Positions 1 through 15,278 of a stretch of 64,000 bases of DNA are shown piece after piece; the first letter of the stretch is position 1, and every line of letters starts with the position of its first letter. The DNA is from Eledone cirrhosa (Eukaryota): assembly GCA_964016885.1 (NCBI GenBank), contig OZ024747.1, positions 85,932,001-85,996,000 on the forward strand, given 5' to 3'. The notes beneath the pieces are model-generated. The model was not told the DNA's origin. It saw only the letters and a program-made list of their open reading frames with translations, and searched no databases. Position numbers and translations under genes: made by a program.

Positions 1-21
1 AGAGAGAATGAGAGAGAGAGG

Positions 22-91
<70 letters not shown>

Positions 92-358
92 TCCTCTTAC
101 ACACAATTACAGACACATATACATAGCAAAGCAATATACACACACACAGACTTCCTGTGAGAGCTGACGGTATATAACCGATTAAAGCAGAATGCACCGA
201 GTCACCTCGACGAGAGCGAACTAAATCGAATGTTGGTGGTGGGAAAAGGGGTGGGAAGGAGAGAAGATGAGAAACTGAAATAAATGGAAGGGGTAAAAGG
301 AGGGAGGATGGGAAAAGGGTGTATAACATAGTTATCTGTGTCGTCATAGTGATTGTGC

Positions 359-450
<92 letters not shown>

Positions 451-489
451 TGTATAGATCATTAAATAGTTATGTAGATAAATAGATAG

Positions 490-3400
490 ACACATATGTT
501 TCTTTATTAGCCACAGGGGCACAAAAGAAGGGGACAAATACAAAGAGGGAAGTTTACATATAATAAAAACGTGTAAAATGTTATCACAAATGCAATTTGA
601 AAATTAATCGATTTTCCCCAATAGGGGGAGACAGTTCATATGGGTAACCCATACCCCCGAAAAAATGTGCAACCGTCATCTCCAGGAGTACGAAGAGTTT
701 GTACTCCTTTCCTCTCCTCCTCCTTTTCCTCAACCTACAGGCTGATATAGAGAGAAGGCCCATTCACTCGGGCCATTCTCGCTACTTTCACCCACCTTTC
801 ATAAAACTTGCTGGAGTACAGCACCTCTCTCTCCATCCTGATTCTTCTTCCAAAGTGGTATTTGAAAAAAAGAATCAGTTGTTGGCCGGAGAGAAAGGTG
901 TCTGACCTCAGCCCTTTTAACCTCGTCCACCATACAACCTCTTTCGCCATAGCTATCACACAAAGGAAAACCGCCTCTCCTTCGTTTTTGAAGGAGGGTG
1001 GCGGTTTGATCATGACAATGGACTCGGTGGTCAACCGGATTGGTCCCACCTGCGACAATAGTCGTTCTACATAGCCCCACAGGTCAGTAACGCCCGGGCA
1101 GTGTATGAATGCGTGCGCGACGGTTTCTTCGTCTCGCACGCATCTCGGACAGATCTTTTTCGAAGGGCCCCTGTCCGGGCGTCCATGTCTGTAGAGCTTG
1201 TCTCGAATTGGTTGGTAGAGCTCCTCGGTAGCACTGCCAGGCCAGGGACTTTTGGAAGTTGTTCATCGGTCCCGAGCGGAAGGTTCTACCGAACAGACTG
1301 GCCAGTTCGTCTTCCTCTACGCCTAGAGTTTCTCCGAGCGCGTCGTCGCAATTGCTGCGGATCAACCCACTATAAAATGACGAAGTGGAGTCTCCACTGG
1401 TCCGCCTGCCAGAGTACTGTGAGCGCCTGAGCACATTCGATGTGCCAGTCGCCCATTTTCCTCGGTCTTTGCTTGACCCAGGACTGTAGCTCAGTCAGCG
1501 AGACGAGTCGTGGGAAGGCTCGCCTCACGAACGGGGCCCACACCGGTTGTCCGGTGAGGAATACGTATAGATGCCGCAGCCTGAGCGCGTGTTTGCGCAT
1601 CGTCAGCCACGACACCCCAGCCCTCCGTTGGAAGGGTGTTGTCAGCAGATGGATCTTCTCACCAAAGGAGCCCGCTTCTTCCAAAGGAATTGGAAGAGTG
1701 CGCACTCCATTTTGGTGAGCGTTTTAGCTGGACAAGGCACGACGGTCAAGCGGTAGTAGATGACGGACGCTATAAAAGTGTTCGCCACCTCCGCTCGACC
1801 TTTCAAGGATAGTTTGCACTCGGCCCACTTCTGGGTGAGTGCAAACACCATGGCCGTCACCTCGTTCCAGTTATTCTCCACCTGGAGGTCCGGACCAAAC
1901 TAGATCCCGAGCGTCTTCACCGGTCTTTCCGTCCAGCGTCCGACGACGCCATCGGAAGGCATCGATTTGCCTCTCCACGATCCGAGTTGCAAACCGATGG
2001 ACTTGTCCCGGTTTAGCTTCGCTCCTGTGAACCTTTCGTATTCTTGCAGTAAGGTGCCGACTTCCTCGATTTGCGAGGTGCTCGACACCATTACTGTCAC
2101 GTCGTCGGCGTAGGCCGACGCCGCTTTCCGCAGTCCCGGTTCTAGAGGAATGCCCTGCAATAGCTCCAACTTCCGCAGTAGTGGCTCGAGAGTCAGTACG
2201 TACAGAAGGGAGGAGAGAGGGCATCCCTGTCGGATGGGTCCGAGAGGTAGCCGTTCACCTTGACCCTTGAGCAGATGTTGCTGTTGTGCATTGCAGCAAT
2301 CTAGCCCCTGAACACGGGTCCGAAGCCTGCTGCCTCGAGCACCGCATCCAGGTAACGATGGTCAACCCTATCGAAAGCCTTAGACTGATCCAAGTTGATC
2401 AGGGCCCCACCGAAGCCGGGTTTACACCCTACCCTCTCTACGATGTATCGCATGAGGTGGAGGTTGTCATGTATGGACCTGGTCGGGATTGCGCATGTCT
2501 GCACTTCTCCCACCAGGTTTTCGATGACAAGCGCCAGCCTCTTTGCCAACACCTTGGCCAAAATCTGTAACTCTGTGTTTAGCAGAGTTCTGGGCCGGAA
2601 GTTGCCTATATCATCCCCCTTATTCTTGTCCTTCCTGACTAGTGTGACTACGCCCTGGTCACAGAACTAAGAATTCTCCCGTTCTGCTGCCAGTTGCAGT
2701 AGACCGCTTCCAGGACACCGGAGAACAAGTCCGGCATTGCTACGTAAAATTCGTAGGGTAGACCGTCGAGACCTGGAGATTTGCGTTTGCCGCATTGGCT
2801 CAGTGCGTCCCCTATCTCAGCGGCTGAAATCGGCTTTTCGCAGAACTTCGCCTCGCTGTCCGAGAGTCGCGGTAGGCCGTCGAAGTATGGACCGAAATCC
2901 ATAGCGCTTCTCGGCGCGCCGCCCTGCCCGAACAGCTGAGCAAAGTGCCGCTGAAAGGCCGCGCACACCTGCTTCCGCTCACGTATCACGTGTCCATCTT
3001 GGTCCTTCAAAGACTGAATCGTCGACTTGTTGCCAATTTTCGCCTCCGCCACCCCGGCCCAGCTAACAGCTTTGGCTCTCTCGTTACCCAGACCACGTAT
3101 TTTGCTTCTGACAATGCAGCCCTCGTGTTTTGCGTCGAAGAACTGGTTCAAAGCCGTTCTCGTTGCTAGCATGCTGGCTTCATTGCCACTTCTAATTGCC
3201 TCTTCTACTTTATCTACCAGTTCCTTCTCGGTCCTATTTCTATCTAACGCTAATTCTTTACTAAAAACTAACGAGTCTAATCTAACTGCCCTCTTGAGAG
3301 AGTACCACCATCTGTTGTTGACAATGGCCCCTGTCAAGTGCTGTTTAACTAAAGTGCTAATCCGTCTACTGTAGCCTTTGCATGTCGGTTACGAGAAGTT

Positions 3401-3503
3401 CAGCTTCCAGTAGCCGGGTCGTTGTCTATGGGTTCTATCAAGGTTGACCATGCAGGTCACTAGTTTGTGATCTGAATAGGCAACCATGAACATTTGTGGA
3501 CAG
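490..3503 (-). mobile_element. L1-Tx1-clade LINE, 5'-truncated, ORF2 broken by frameshifts and stops (end of endonuclease, RT, zf-RVT-like C-terminus, 3' UTR)
   Basis: Minus-strand motifs appear in the expected order: AYSDHK and GYWKLN (end of endonuclease, about 3400-3480), KSPGLDGLPYEFY, LDQSKAFDRVDH, RQGCPLS, AYADDV, FLWKKRAPLV, DEETVAHAFIHC. ORF2 stops at 735 and AATAAA lies on the minus strand at about 503-508. (GATA)n repeats flank both ends. Confidence 0.9.
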
Positions 3504-3613
3504 CTTATAGATAATTAAATAGATATGTAGATAGATGATAGATATATAGACAGATAGATAGATCAATAGATAGAAAGATAGATAGGTAGATATATAGATA
3601 GATAGATAGATCA

Positions 3614-3697
<84 letters not shown>

Positions 3698-3975
3698 ATG
3701 AATAAATAAATGAATGAATAGATATATCTGAAGTACGCGAATTCAGTACACTTCATTACAAAGCATTTGCATTTATTTCACATTAAAATTGATAAAACAA
3801 CTCGGTCGGATAGATGAGCAGAAAAACAAACAGGATAATCGATAGATCGATAGCTCTAGATATTGCAGAATATAAAGAGGACATCGGGGGTGACAGATAC
3901 CTTTCACTTGCATTTTGTTATTCAATAACTCACCATTTTGCTTTCTCCTTAATCGATACTTGATTGAGGATAGAG

Positions 3976-4156
3976 CCTATCCTAAGGTCGGACCAAACCT
4001 ATCCTAAGATCGGACCAAACCTATCCTAAGATCGGACCAAACCTATCCTAAGGTCGGACCAAACCTATCCTAAGATCGGACCAAACCTATCCTAAGATCG
4101 GACCAAGCCTATCCTAAGATCGGACCAAGCCTATCCTAAGATCGGACCAAGCCTAT
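3976..4156. repeat. 22-bp minisatellite, about 8 copies (CCTATCCTAAGRTCGGACCAAR)
   Basis: Directly visible tandem units, period 22 (3976, 3998 ... 4152). Confidence 0.95.
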
Positions 4157-4749
4157 GTTTCCATCGGGCTTTCCATTGCTGATAATTTCTGCTGGTCACT
4201 CTTCCAAGCAGAAAAAAGGAGCCGATCATCAGGTCGGACCAAGGAGATATTGTTTTCATTAATTTTTCTATTGCTCATACTCTCTGCTGGCCACAACTGA
4301 CAGAAACAAAGAAGCTGATTGTTGGATCAAGCCGACAAACCTATATTTTCACTGGTTTATCTACCGGTCACAATAGTCGGCTGAAAAACAGAACCGGTAG
4401 TTTCCATTGATCTTTTCATTGCTGATTCTATCTGTTGGTTGCAATTTTTAGCAGATTTGTAATCACTTTTCCGTAGGTGGCGGAATTTGAAATTAGGACA
4501 TACAGAACAGGGACAGGCATAGCAAGGCATATCATTTAACGGTCAAACAATTCTGCCAATCCAGTGCATCTCGGCTTGTATCTTAATTATTAACTCCGAA
4601 AGTATGGGAAGCTAAATTAACCTCGGCGGGATTTGAACTCAGAGCTCAGAGAACTGGAACACATACCATTGAGCACTTAAACCAACGCTCTAACGATTTT
4701 GACAATTCACCAAATTTGTCAGTTAAAGCGAAACTTGAGACAGAAGTAA

Positions 4750-4795
<46 letters not shown>

Positions 4796-4926
4796 GGGGG
4801 GTGAGGGAGAAGGAGTGGGAGAGATTGAGAGGTGGGGAAAAGGAGAGTGGAATGTTATTTCGTTTGTGTTTTTGTGTGCAAGTGAGTGGTTAAAAATTGA
4901 TTGTAAACTCCATCTATACACATGCG

Positions 4927-5008
<82 letters not shown>

Positions 5009-5035
5009 TATATATATATATTATATATATATATA

Positions 5036-5720
5036 CTAGCAGAATGGCCCGGCGTTGCTCGGGATTTGCTATAGGGTTCTTATATATTTGATATATATTT
5101 ATCCTTATCGAACCTCGTGAAATAAATACGTTTGTTTATATTTTGTTATTGTGTATGCAAAAGTATCTGTCCATAAATATATAATTATATATATATATAT
5201 ATTAAAATAACAGACTAAAGTTTAAGCAATAAATCACTGCTTTCACCCTTAACGGAATATTCTACCTAAAAGCAGTATGAAGTACAAACACTAAGACTAA
5301 TTGATGTAATCTTTGGCCTTGTTTGTTTATATTTTGTTTTTGTGTATGCAAAAATATCTGTACACGAATATCTATATTAAAATAACATATTAATGTTTAA
5401 GCAAAGAATCGCTGCTTTCAACCTTAACGGGATCTTCTTAAACTAAAAAAACCAATCTGGAAAACAGGAAGACGATACTTTGGTTCGTGAAGACGTTCCC
5501 TGGCATAATATACACACACACACACTGATCGCGTCATAATGACGTAATGCAGACAGTCAGGCATACAGACAGATATTATGAAGGCGCGACGTCATATCTA
5601 TGTATCTATCTAAAAAGAGAAAGACTAAGAGAAAGAGAAAGAGATCGCCTGACTTAAGCATAGACGTGGTGGGTCCAGGTTTCTCAAAATGATGAGGGAG
5701 TTCCAATCTTATATATATAT
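5036..5720 (-). mobile_element. Non-autonomous Helitron-like element (3' end at 5036; 5' limit approximate)
   Basis: The minus strand reads CCCGAGCAACGCCGGG (hairpin), an 8-nt spacer, then CTAG|T, the canonical Helitron 3' terminus. It has an internal duplicated block (about 5130-5260 and 5320-5440). Confidence 0.6.
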
Positions 5721-5732
5721 ATTTATATATAT

Positions 5733-5943
<211 letters not shown>

Positions 5944-6155
5944 CGCTGTATTAGATAGAGGTTCTCTCTTCTATATTATGTATAGATATATGTATCTATA
6001 TATATATATATATTATTTTGATCATGCTTTATTTTTATTTATTATATTTTTTGTCTTTATTTGTTAATTTTTCATTCGCACCGTTTCCTTTCGCTATATG
6101 TCTCTCCACCACTTCCCTACACACCTTTTGAACTCTGTTCCCACACACTTCTCAC

Positions 6156-6183
6156 CTGAAGAAGGGCTTATGCCCGAAACGTC
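6156..6183 (+). ncRNA. Minimal hammerhead ribozyme motif in a Penelope-like pLTR remnant (about 5960-6275)
   Basis: CTGAAGA-A-GGGC-TTAT-GCCC-GAAAC-GTC, with AATAAA about 40 nt downstream. Stem I is weak. Confidence 0.7.
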
Positions 6184-6359
6184 GTCCCCCACCTACCCCC
6201 CACTCTCCTGAGCGTGAATTTAATAAACATTTATTGTACTGCCTCTCTGTTCTGTCCCTGTTCAAATTTTTCATTATATATATATATATATATATATATA
6301 GCGGCGATGAATTAGTTTAGCGAGGTTTTTTATATGAAATCGTGTGTCGAAACAGATAT

Positions 6360-6836
<477 letters not shown>

Positions 6837-6854
6837 GTATGTATGTATGTATGC

Positions 6855-7990
6855 ATGTCCTGGGTATGACATTAAACTACATCCAGTGGCAAGGCTCCAG
6901 TTCGGGAGTTCAGGAGCTGTGGGGAATGTGGAGTTACCCCTTAGTTGTCATAACTCCCAGGTCTGCTCTGGCCCGGAGTAGTAGTACCTGTTAGGGCCCC
7001 ATTTATGGGTTAAATAACTACCTTATTCGAGTGGTGCCAGTAAGGTATTGTCAGCCAGTGAAAAGAAATATGGAGACTCGATCTAACAGCACTAGGGTTA
7101 GAGCTCCTAATTACAGTCAAGGAGCAGTCTGGTCGTTATGACTCTGCTGGCTTAGAGCCACAGAGAGTGCCAGTGGATGATGGATCAGCTGTCTCTGAGA
7201 CAAATATAAAGAATGCAGTTTTGTCCTGCAGAAGAGCCATCAAAATGAGCACTTTGAATGTGAGGATTATTCGGACGCTGGAGAAGAGAGAGGAGTTAGG
7301 ACATCTGTTCGAGGAGAGTGGTATACAGATACTTGCGATCCAAGAACACAGGATCCTACACGATGAGCGCGTGAGGAGTATGAAGATTGGGAAGAGGAGC
7401 CAGCTCATCACCACATCGGCAGTGAGGAACATGACCAATGCTGCAGTGGGAGGAGGAGGTTTTGTTTTCAGCTCAAAAACCAGTCTATTGGTGAGGGAAA
7501 TAATACCTGTCTCCCCGCGAGTGTTGAGGGTGACCTTCAATGGAAACCCAAGACTGACAGTCATCTCAGCCTATAGTCCAACCGAGGGGGACAGTGATGT
7601 GAGTGCGGAAGAGTTCCATGAGGAGGTGTGTAGAGCTGTCAACACCACTCAAGCACACAACATCCTGCTTGTTTTGGGGGGACTTCAATGCACATCTGAG
7701 TAAGGAGGGCAGTGAAGATCCTTGCTGGTACTTCCATAACAACACCAACCGAAATGGAAGACTACTGAGAGTCACCCTGCTGGAGGCGAACTTGATAGCG
7801 ACCAACCTAAGGTTTAGGAAGAATTCGGGAAAGATGTGGACCTACATCTCAGATATGCACCTCTTCCAAGTCCCAGATTGATTTCATTCTGGTGAGGAAA
7901 AAGTGGCGGAATAGTGTTCTGAACACAGAGCCATACAACTATTTCAGTATACTGGGTAGTGACCACCGGCTTGTTATGAGTGAGGTCTGT
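6855..7990 (+). mobile_element. 5' part of an APE-type LINE (RTE/CR1-like): putative 5' UTR plus frameshifted endonuclease domain, 3'-truncated
   Basis: Motifs STLNVR, LAIQEHR, GGGGFVF, ISAYSPTE, GDFNAHL, NRNGRLL, QIDFILVRKKW and SDHRLV. Frameshifts at about 7680 and 7870. Confidence 0.85.
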
Positions 7991-8011
7991 AGGGAAGTAT
8001 CACTATTATTT

Positions 8012-8480
8012 TGACAGTTTCGGTAGAGAGTCACTCACCATGCTTTGCAGCATAGAGTTACGGCACTTTATGATCTGATTTCAAATCCCGCCGAGGTTAG
8101 CTTTGCCTTTCATCCTTACGGGGTCGATAAAATAAAGTACCAGTAATGCACTGGGGTAGATTTAATCGACTTCCCCCTCCCCCAAAATTGATGGCCTTAT
8201 GCCTAAAGTAGAAGCAATTGTTTTGGCAGTATTAGTAGAGCGTCAGACACCATGCTTTGCAGCATAGAGTTATGGCCCTTTACGTTCCGAGTTTAAATCC
8301 TACCGAGGTTAGCTTTGCCTTTCATCCTTACAGGGTCGATAAAATAAAGTACCAATCAGAGAGGCGACGAATTGGTTAGAAGGTCTTGTTATCTGGCTGC
8401 CAGATCAAATCCCACCGAGGTCAACTTTGCCTTTCATCCTTTCAAGGTTGATAAAAATAGTACGGGGGGATCGATTTGTC
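8012..8480 (+). mobile_element. Three tandem tRNA-type SINE copies (abundant family)
   Basis: A-box-like GGCAGTAT..GTAGAG, B-box GTTCAAATCC, and core GCCTTTCATCCTTACGGGGTCGATAAAATAAAGTACCAG. Confidence 0.85.
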
Positions 8481-8509
8481 CTTTATCTCTCTTTCTCACT
8501 TCCTCTGAA

Positions 8510-8586
<77 letters not shown>

Positions 8587-9197
8587 TTCTCTCTCTCTCT
8601 GTCTCTCTCTCTCACACACACACACACACACGCACGCACACACATTCTCTCTCTCTCTGTCTCTCTCTCACACACACACGCACGCACACACATTCTCTCT
8701 CTCTCTCTTCATCTTTGGTAAAAAGTCATGTGTTTATATATGGCGAGTCATTTAAAATGCCCAAAACACGACGGCGTAGTTACGACTCCATCAGCAGCCA
8801 CGGGTCCATATAAACAAAACACCATCCAATATCGAGGACATTGAACATAAAGCTGTACAAGGAGGATCTCATTGGCTTGATTTGAGGCCGAATATTTGTC
8901 AAAGATACAACAGGTTAAGTTAAATACCGACCAGGTCACTCATTTAAAAACCGCTCTAGCCATGCACTAGTCCAATCCTTTACCTCTTACTAATAATAAT
9001 ATTTGATACTGGAAACTTAAGAAGTAAAATGTGCTTGTTATCTTTGCCCTTCATACACACACATGAAGCTCTTTCTATTTCTCTATCAATATAGTTACAC
9101 ACACATTTGCAAATACAGAATTCGATATATGTATGTAGATCGCTCCTAATGCACATTTATATGTATATGTGTGTGTGACAGAGAGAGAGAGAGCATA

Positions 9198-9276
<79 letters not shown>

Positions 9277-9400
9277 ATATATATATATATATATGTGTGT
9301 AAAATAAAGTAAAATAAATAAGTCAAATGTTTAAAATTTAGCTTCGTTTTCCTAAAACAATCTTAAGAACATATTTCACAATGCTTCATCTAAACTACGC

Positions 9401-9546
<146 letters not shown>

Positions 9547-9676
9547 TGGAATCATATGGATATGATTCTAGTTCCTCAGTGAAATAACAACCCAACCAGG
9601 AACTGGGCATATCAGAGTATTGACAAAATTATACACCTCAACAACATATGTACTTGTCTATACCACACTAATTCAG

Positions 9677-9731
9677 ACTGCCTGAAGAGGTCACAGCCAA
9701 AGATGGCTGTCACCGAAATATATATAGTAGT
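9677..9731 (+). ncRNA. Type-I hammerhead ribozyme motif
   Basis: Stem I ACTGC/GTAGT; CTGAAGA; stem II GGTCACAGCCA-AAGA-TGGCTGTCACC; GAAA; palindromic stem III ATATATAT; AUA cleavage triplet. Confidence 0.8.
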
Positions 9732-9896
9732 AAGAAACGAAGCTAAATTTTAAACATTTGACTTATTTATATTACTTTATTTTACATTACTCCGGAGTAA
9801 CCAAACCAACCTGCGCACTTCGTCGAGTGCTCCAGCCTGCATACTGAGGTGTTGGTATACAACCAACATATACTCAAAATCTCTTTCTATATATAA

Positions 9897-10014
<118 letters not shown>

Positions 10015-10309
10015 GTGCGTGTGTGTGCGTGTGCGTGTGCGTGCGTGTGTGTGTGTAGTTTAGATGAAGCATTGTGAAATCTGTTCTTAAGATTGTTTTA
10101 GATTACAATGTAAGTTAGAACTAGATTGTTTTACATTACAATGTAAGTTAGAACTAGAGTAGAGTAAAGTAAGAAAAACAAAACAAAATCATAGTTTAAT
10201 ATTTCATGATATTTTGGGGTTGGGATCTCTTTTTCAAAGGAAGGAAATTGAGTGTAGTGCTAATGGCGGGCAAAACCGACGACAGTCTATTTCATACAGA
10301 GCTATACTC

Positions 10310-10790
10310 ATATTATATTATGTTATATTATATTATATTATGTTATGTTATATCATATTATGTTATATATTATATTATGTTATGTTATATCATATTATGT
10401 TATATATTATATTATATTATGTTATGTTATATCATATTATGTTATATATTATATTATATTATGTTATGTTATATCATATTATGTTATATATTATATTATA
10501 TTATGTTATGTTATATCATATTATATTATATATTATATTATATGATATTATACTATACTATACTATATTATATTATATTATATTATATTATATTATATTA
10601 TATTATATTATATTATATTATATCATATGATGCTATATTATATTATATTATATTATATTATATTATATCATATGATGCTATATTATATTATATTATATTA
10701 TATTATATCATATGATGCTATATTATATTATATTATATTATATTATATTATATTATATTATATTATATTATATTATATTATATTATACTA
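10310..10790. repeat. (TATTA)n-derived minisatellite with higher-order units
   Basis: Pentamer TATTA/TGTTA/TATCA array with recurring longer blocks. Confidence 0.95.
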
Positions 10791-11247
10791 CACTGTATCA
10801 TATTGTAACATATTCTAATATATATAATGTTTGACTTCAGTGAGTTCCTACAACGAATGTTCCAGTTGTTTGAACAATGTTTAATTAGCGTGCAAGTGGT
10901 TGAGTATTCCACTGATACTTGCAACCTTAACTTAGCTCTCAGGGAGATTCAGCGGGATACATATGTGTAAAAATACTGGCAATTTTGAACTATAATTAAA
11001 ACATATTTTTACCAGCTGCATGGACAGGAAGAATGTGAAAATAAATATCTTGATAATGACAAATCATGTGGAGGGGAGACGAACCCCTGGTCCTAAGATC
11101 CCGAGCCGAACCAACAAGACCCACGCGTTCACAATATATAATATACACACTATATTATGTATGTATAGAATATAATTTAACATTATACAGTATAATTATA
11201 CAATATAATGTATACATACATACATACATACATACATATATCTATAC

Positions 11248-11487
11248 ATGGTGGCTGCCAACTCGTTTTCGAGTACGGCCACTACTTTATATCCATGTAG
11301 GAGAACCCCTACCGATGCGCTGAACGAGTGTGACTTTTCAGTCCGGCCAGCGACTTGAAAACTCTGGTACAAACACTACACTTGTGACAATTATTGACAC
11401 ATAGTGCTGGGCCCATGGTACCATGTGACGACAAGTGCAGAGAGATCTCCAGATATAAAGCAATGCCTGTGCCGTGAAGCTTTTATA
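11248..11487 (-). mobile_element. Bipartite non-autonomous RTE derivative, 5'-truncated copy
   Basis: The minus strand encodes [17 protein letters not shown] (RTE-type C-terminal zinc finger), then GTGGCCGTACTCGAAAACGAGTTGGCAGCCACCAT and a (GTAT)n tail. Confidence 0.8.
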
Positions 11488-11706
11488 CATACATACATAC
11501 ATACATACATACATACATACATACATACATACATACATACATACATACATACATACATGCATGCATATATACATACATACATATATATATATGTAAGTAT
11601 ATATATATTTATATATATGTGTGCGTGTACGTGTATATATCATAAGTGTGTATGTATATATAGATACATACACACAAACACACACATTCAAATGCACACA
11701 CACACA

Positions 11707-11787
<81 letters not shown>

Positions 11788-11892
11788 ATATATATAGAAT
11801 GATATATATATAGATAGATAGATAGATAGATACATGCATATATAGATACATAGGTACATAGGTAGAAAGATAGATAGATAGATAGATACACA

Positions 11893-11970
<78 letters not shown>

Positions 11971-12764
11971 AGAGAGAGAGAGAGATGCTGATACGAGGGG
12001 ATGGGATAAATACATGTAATTATCACACAGTATCTACTGTACGATATCATTCTACATAACGTGAATAGAATGTTAATAGAATATACAGTATATATGTGTG
12101 CTTGTGTGTGTAGATATATAGATATTTATACATACATATATATATATATACATACACGCACGCATGTATATATACTGGACACATGAAGATAAATACGTAT
12201 ACATAATTAGATATGTAATGTATTTGTCTATTTGACCGCTCCACCCATTATAGTCGGTGGGTGTGGCATCCTAGGACTCTGCCCCATTACGTATCCTTCC
12301 ATATATGGTATAGATATCTATATATGGATGAACGCATTTCTGGGTGTTGTGTAATAACCCTCAGGCTGGTTAGTTAGGGAGTTATGGATATTGATAGAGA
12401 CAGAGAGCTACTGAATAGATGTATAAATACATACATACGTACCTACATACATGCATACATACATGCATGCATACATGCATGTATGCATACATACATGCAT
12501 GCATGCATACATACATGCATGCATGCATCCATACATAGACATCCAACCAACCATCCATCCATTCAACCGTCCATTCATCTATACATACATACATGCAGGC
12601 ATACGTATATACATACATACATGCAGGCATACGTATATACATACATACATGCAGGCATACGTATATACATACATATATGCATACATATATACAGACATGC
12701 AGACATACATACCTACATACCTATGAATGTATATGAAATTATGAATTCAAAATATATGGTATGT

Positions 12765-12797
<33 letters not shown>

Positions 12798-12902
12798 TAT
12801 ACACACACACACGGACATATATATATATATATATGTATGTATATATATATATCCATATATATTATATACATTGTAAGAATATATACCATGTAAGCATATA
12901 TA

Positions 12903-12934
<32 letters not shown>

Positions 12935-13154
12935 TGTGTGTGTAGGCTTATATGTTATATACATTGTATACATTGTAAATATATTATATATATTAATATA
13001 TTATATACATAGTAAAATATATGTATAAATATATGTATATATGAATCTATACACATACACACAGATATATATATATGTGTGTGTGTGTTTGTGTGTTTGT
13101 GTGTATATATACGTATATAAATATATACACACAGACATACATTGTATAATTTAC

Positions 13155-13263
<109 letters not shown>

Positions 13264-13513
13264 CACATACTCATATATATTATATGTGTATATATTAATA
13301 TATATATAGGTGTCCAAAAATGTATTAATACATTTATGAATATATATATAAATAAATAAATATATATATATATGTATATATATATACAGAGTCTCGCCCC
13401 ATAATGTTTACACACTTCAATAGCATTCTAATAAATATTACCTGTACAGGTAATTAGAGTGTGTATACATTTTTTGGAACATGCATACTTACGTATATAT
13501 ATATATATATGTA

Positions 13514-13652
<139 letters not shown>

Positions 13653-13714
13653 GTGTGTATATATATATATATATCTTTATCTACCTCTCTGTCTCCCCCT
13701 TTCTCTCTTTTCTC

Positions 13715-13830
<116 letters not shown>

Positions 13831-13873
13831 AGGTGAGTTTTATTGTAGCACAATAAATATATATATATATATA

Positions 13874-13972
13874 TGTTTAATATAGAAATGGCTTCTACAG
13901 GACTAGATGATTTCTGGATGATTTCTCCCGAATGAAACAGTTCTAGACCTGTAGAAGCCATTGCTATATTAA
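13874..13972. repeat. Fold-back hairpin element in (TA)n, same family as 42721-42854
   Basis: TTTAATATAGAAATGGCTTCTACAGGACTAGA ... TCTAGACCTGTAGAAGCCATTGCTATATTAAA. Confidence 0.8.
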
Positions 13973-14050
13973 AATTTATACTCTGCTATGTATTGAATAC
14001 CTTTCTTACTTAGGTTACCCCCTTAATTACATTGGTTATGTGTGCGTGTA

Positions 14051-14109
<59 letters not shown>

Positions 14110-14220
14110 GGGAGGGAGATAGGTAGATTGATAGGGATACATGCATGCATACATACATACATACATAAATACAAACATACATGCATACATGCATAAATAC
14201 ATACATACATACATACATAC

Positions 14221-14863
14221 ATGGGGGCTGCCAACTCGTTTTCGAGTACGGCCACTACTTTATATCCATGTAGGAGAACCCCTACCGATGCGCTGAACGA
14301 GTGTGACTTTTTAGTCCAGCCAGCGACTTGAAAACTCTGGTACAAACACTACACTTGTGACAATTATTGACACATAGTGCTGGGCCCATGGTACCATGTG
14401 ACGACAAGTGCAGAGAGATCTCCAGATATAAAGCAATGCCTGTGGCGTGAAGCTTTTATAGTGAGCAAAGGCACTGCACAAAGCCAGTCCCACTCTCTTA
14501 ACCAAGATGATATTTACCAAAAAGAAGAACAAGTCAACATCATTGGATACCATCAGGGTTGCAGGTGTTATATCAGAGTTTTCCTTCTCCTAGAATTCTG
14601 CCTTCACAAAGGCTAAGGGGTCATCTCCCTACATACATACATACATGGTGGCTGCCAACTCGTTTTCGAGTACGGCCACTACTTTATATCCATGTAGGAG
14701 AACCCCTACCGATGCGCTGAACAAGTGTGACTTTTTAGTCCAGCCAGCGACTTGAAAACTCTGGTACAAACACTACACTTGTGACAATTATTGACACATA
14801 GTGCTGGGCCCATGGTACCATGTGATGACAAGTGCAGAGAAATCTCCAGATATAAAGCAATGC
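14221..14863 (-). mobile_element. Two tandem 5'-truncated copies of the bipartite RTE derivative (14221-14629 and 14645-14863)
   Basis: Near-identical to the copies at 11248, 27903, 60885 and 61507. Separated and flanked by (ACAT)n. Confidence 0.85.
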
Positions 14864-15007
14864 ATACATACATACATACATACATACATACATACATACA
14901 TACATACATACATACATACATACATACATACATAATACATACATGCATAAATACATACATACATGCATACATACATACATACATACATACATACATACAT
15001 ACATACA

Positions 15008-15040
<33 letters not shown>

Positions 15041-15045
15041 GCATA

Positions 15046-15278
15046 CTACGGGTTATATACCAACCCGCTTGGACCAAAGTATGACTGAACTTGGATTTGC
15101 GGACAAAAAGCGCAGCTCCCTAATTCATAGTCTACAAATGGCTGCGATAGCTGGCACCTTCAAAATTTGCAAAACATTCTTGCGATTCAAGGGATGACAA
15201 TTTCTTTTCTTTTACAACCTTGCCACCAGGAAGGTGGCCGGTCAAAAAAATATACTCGAAATTAAGAGAAAGAGAAAA
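15046..15278 (+). mobile_element. 3'-terminal fragment of the R4/Dong-like RLE retrotransposon
   Basis: Near-identical to about 30446-30676 (GYIPTRLDQSMTELGF...FLRFKG* plus 3' UTR). (CATA)n on both sides. Confidence 0.9.

Noticed and set aside
8786-8915. Unique-sequence open frame ending at CAG|gttaag
   Set aside because: No convincing acceptor, a weak donor, and no recognisable homology.
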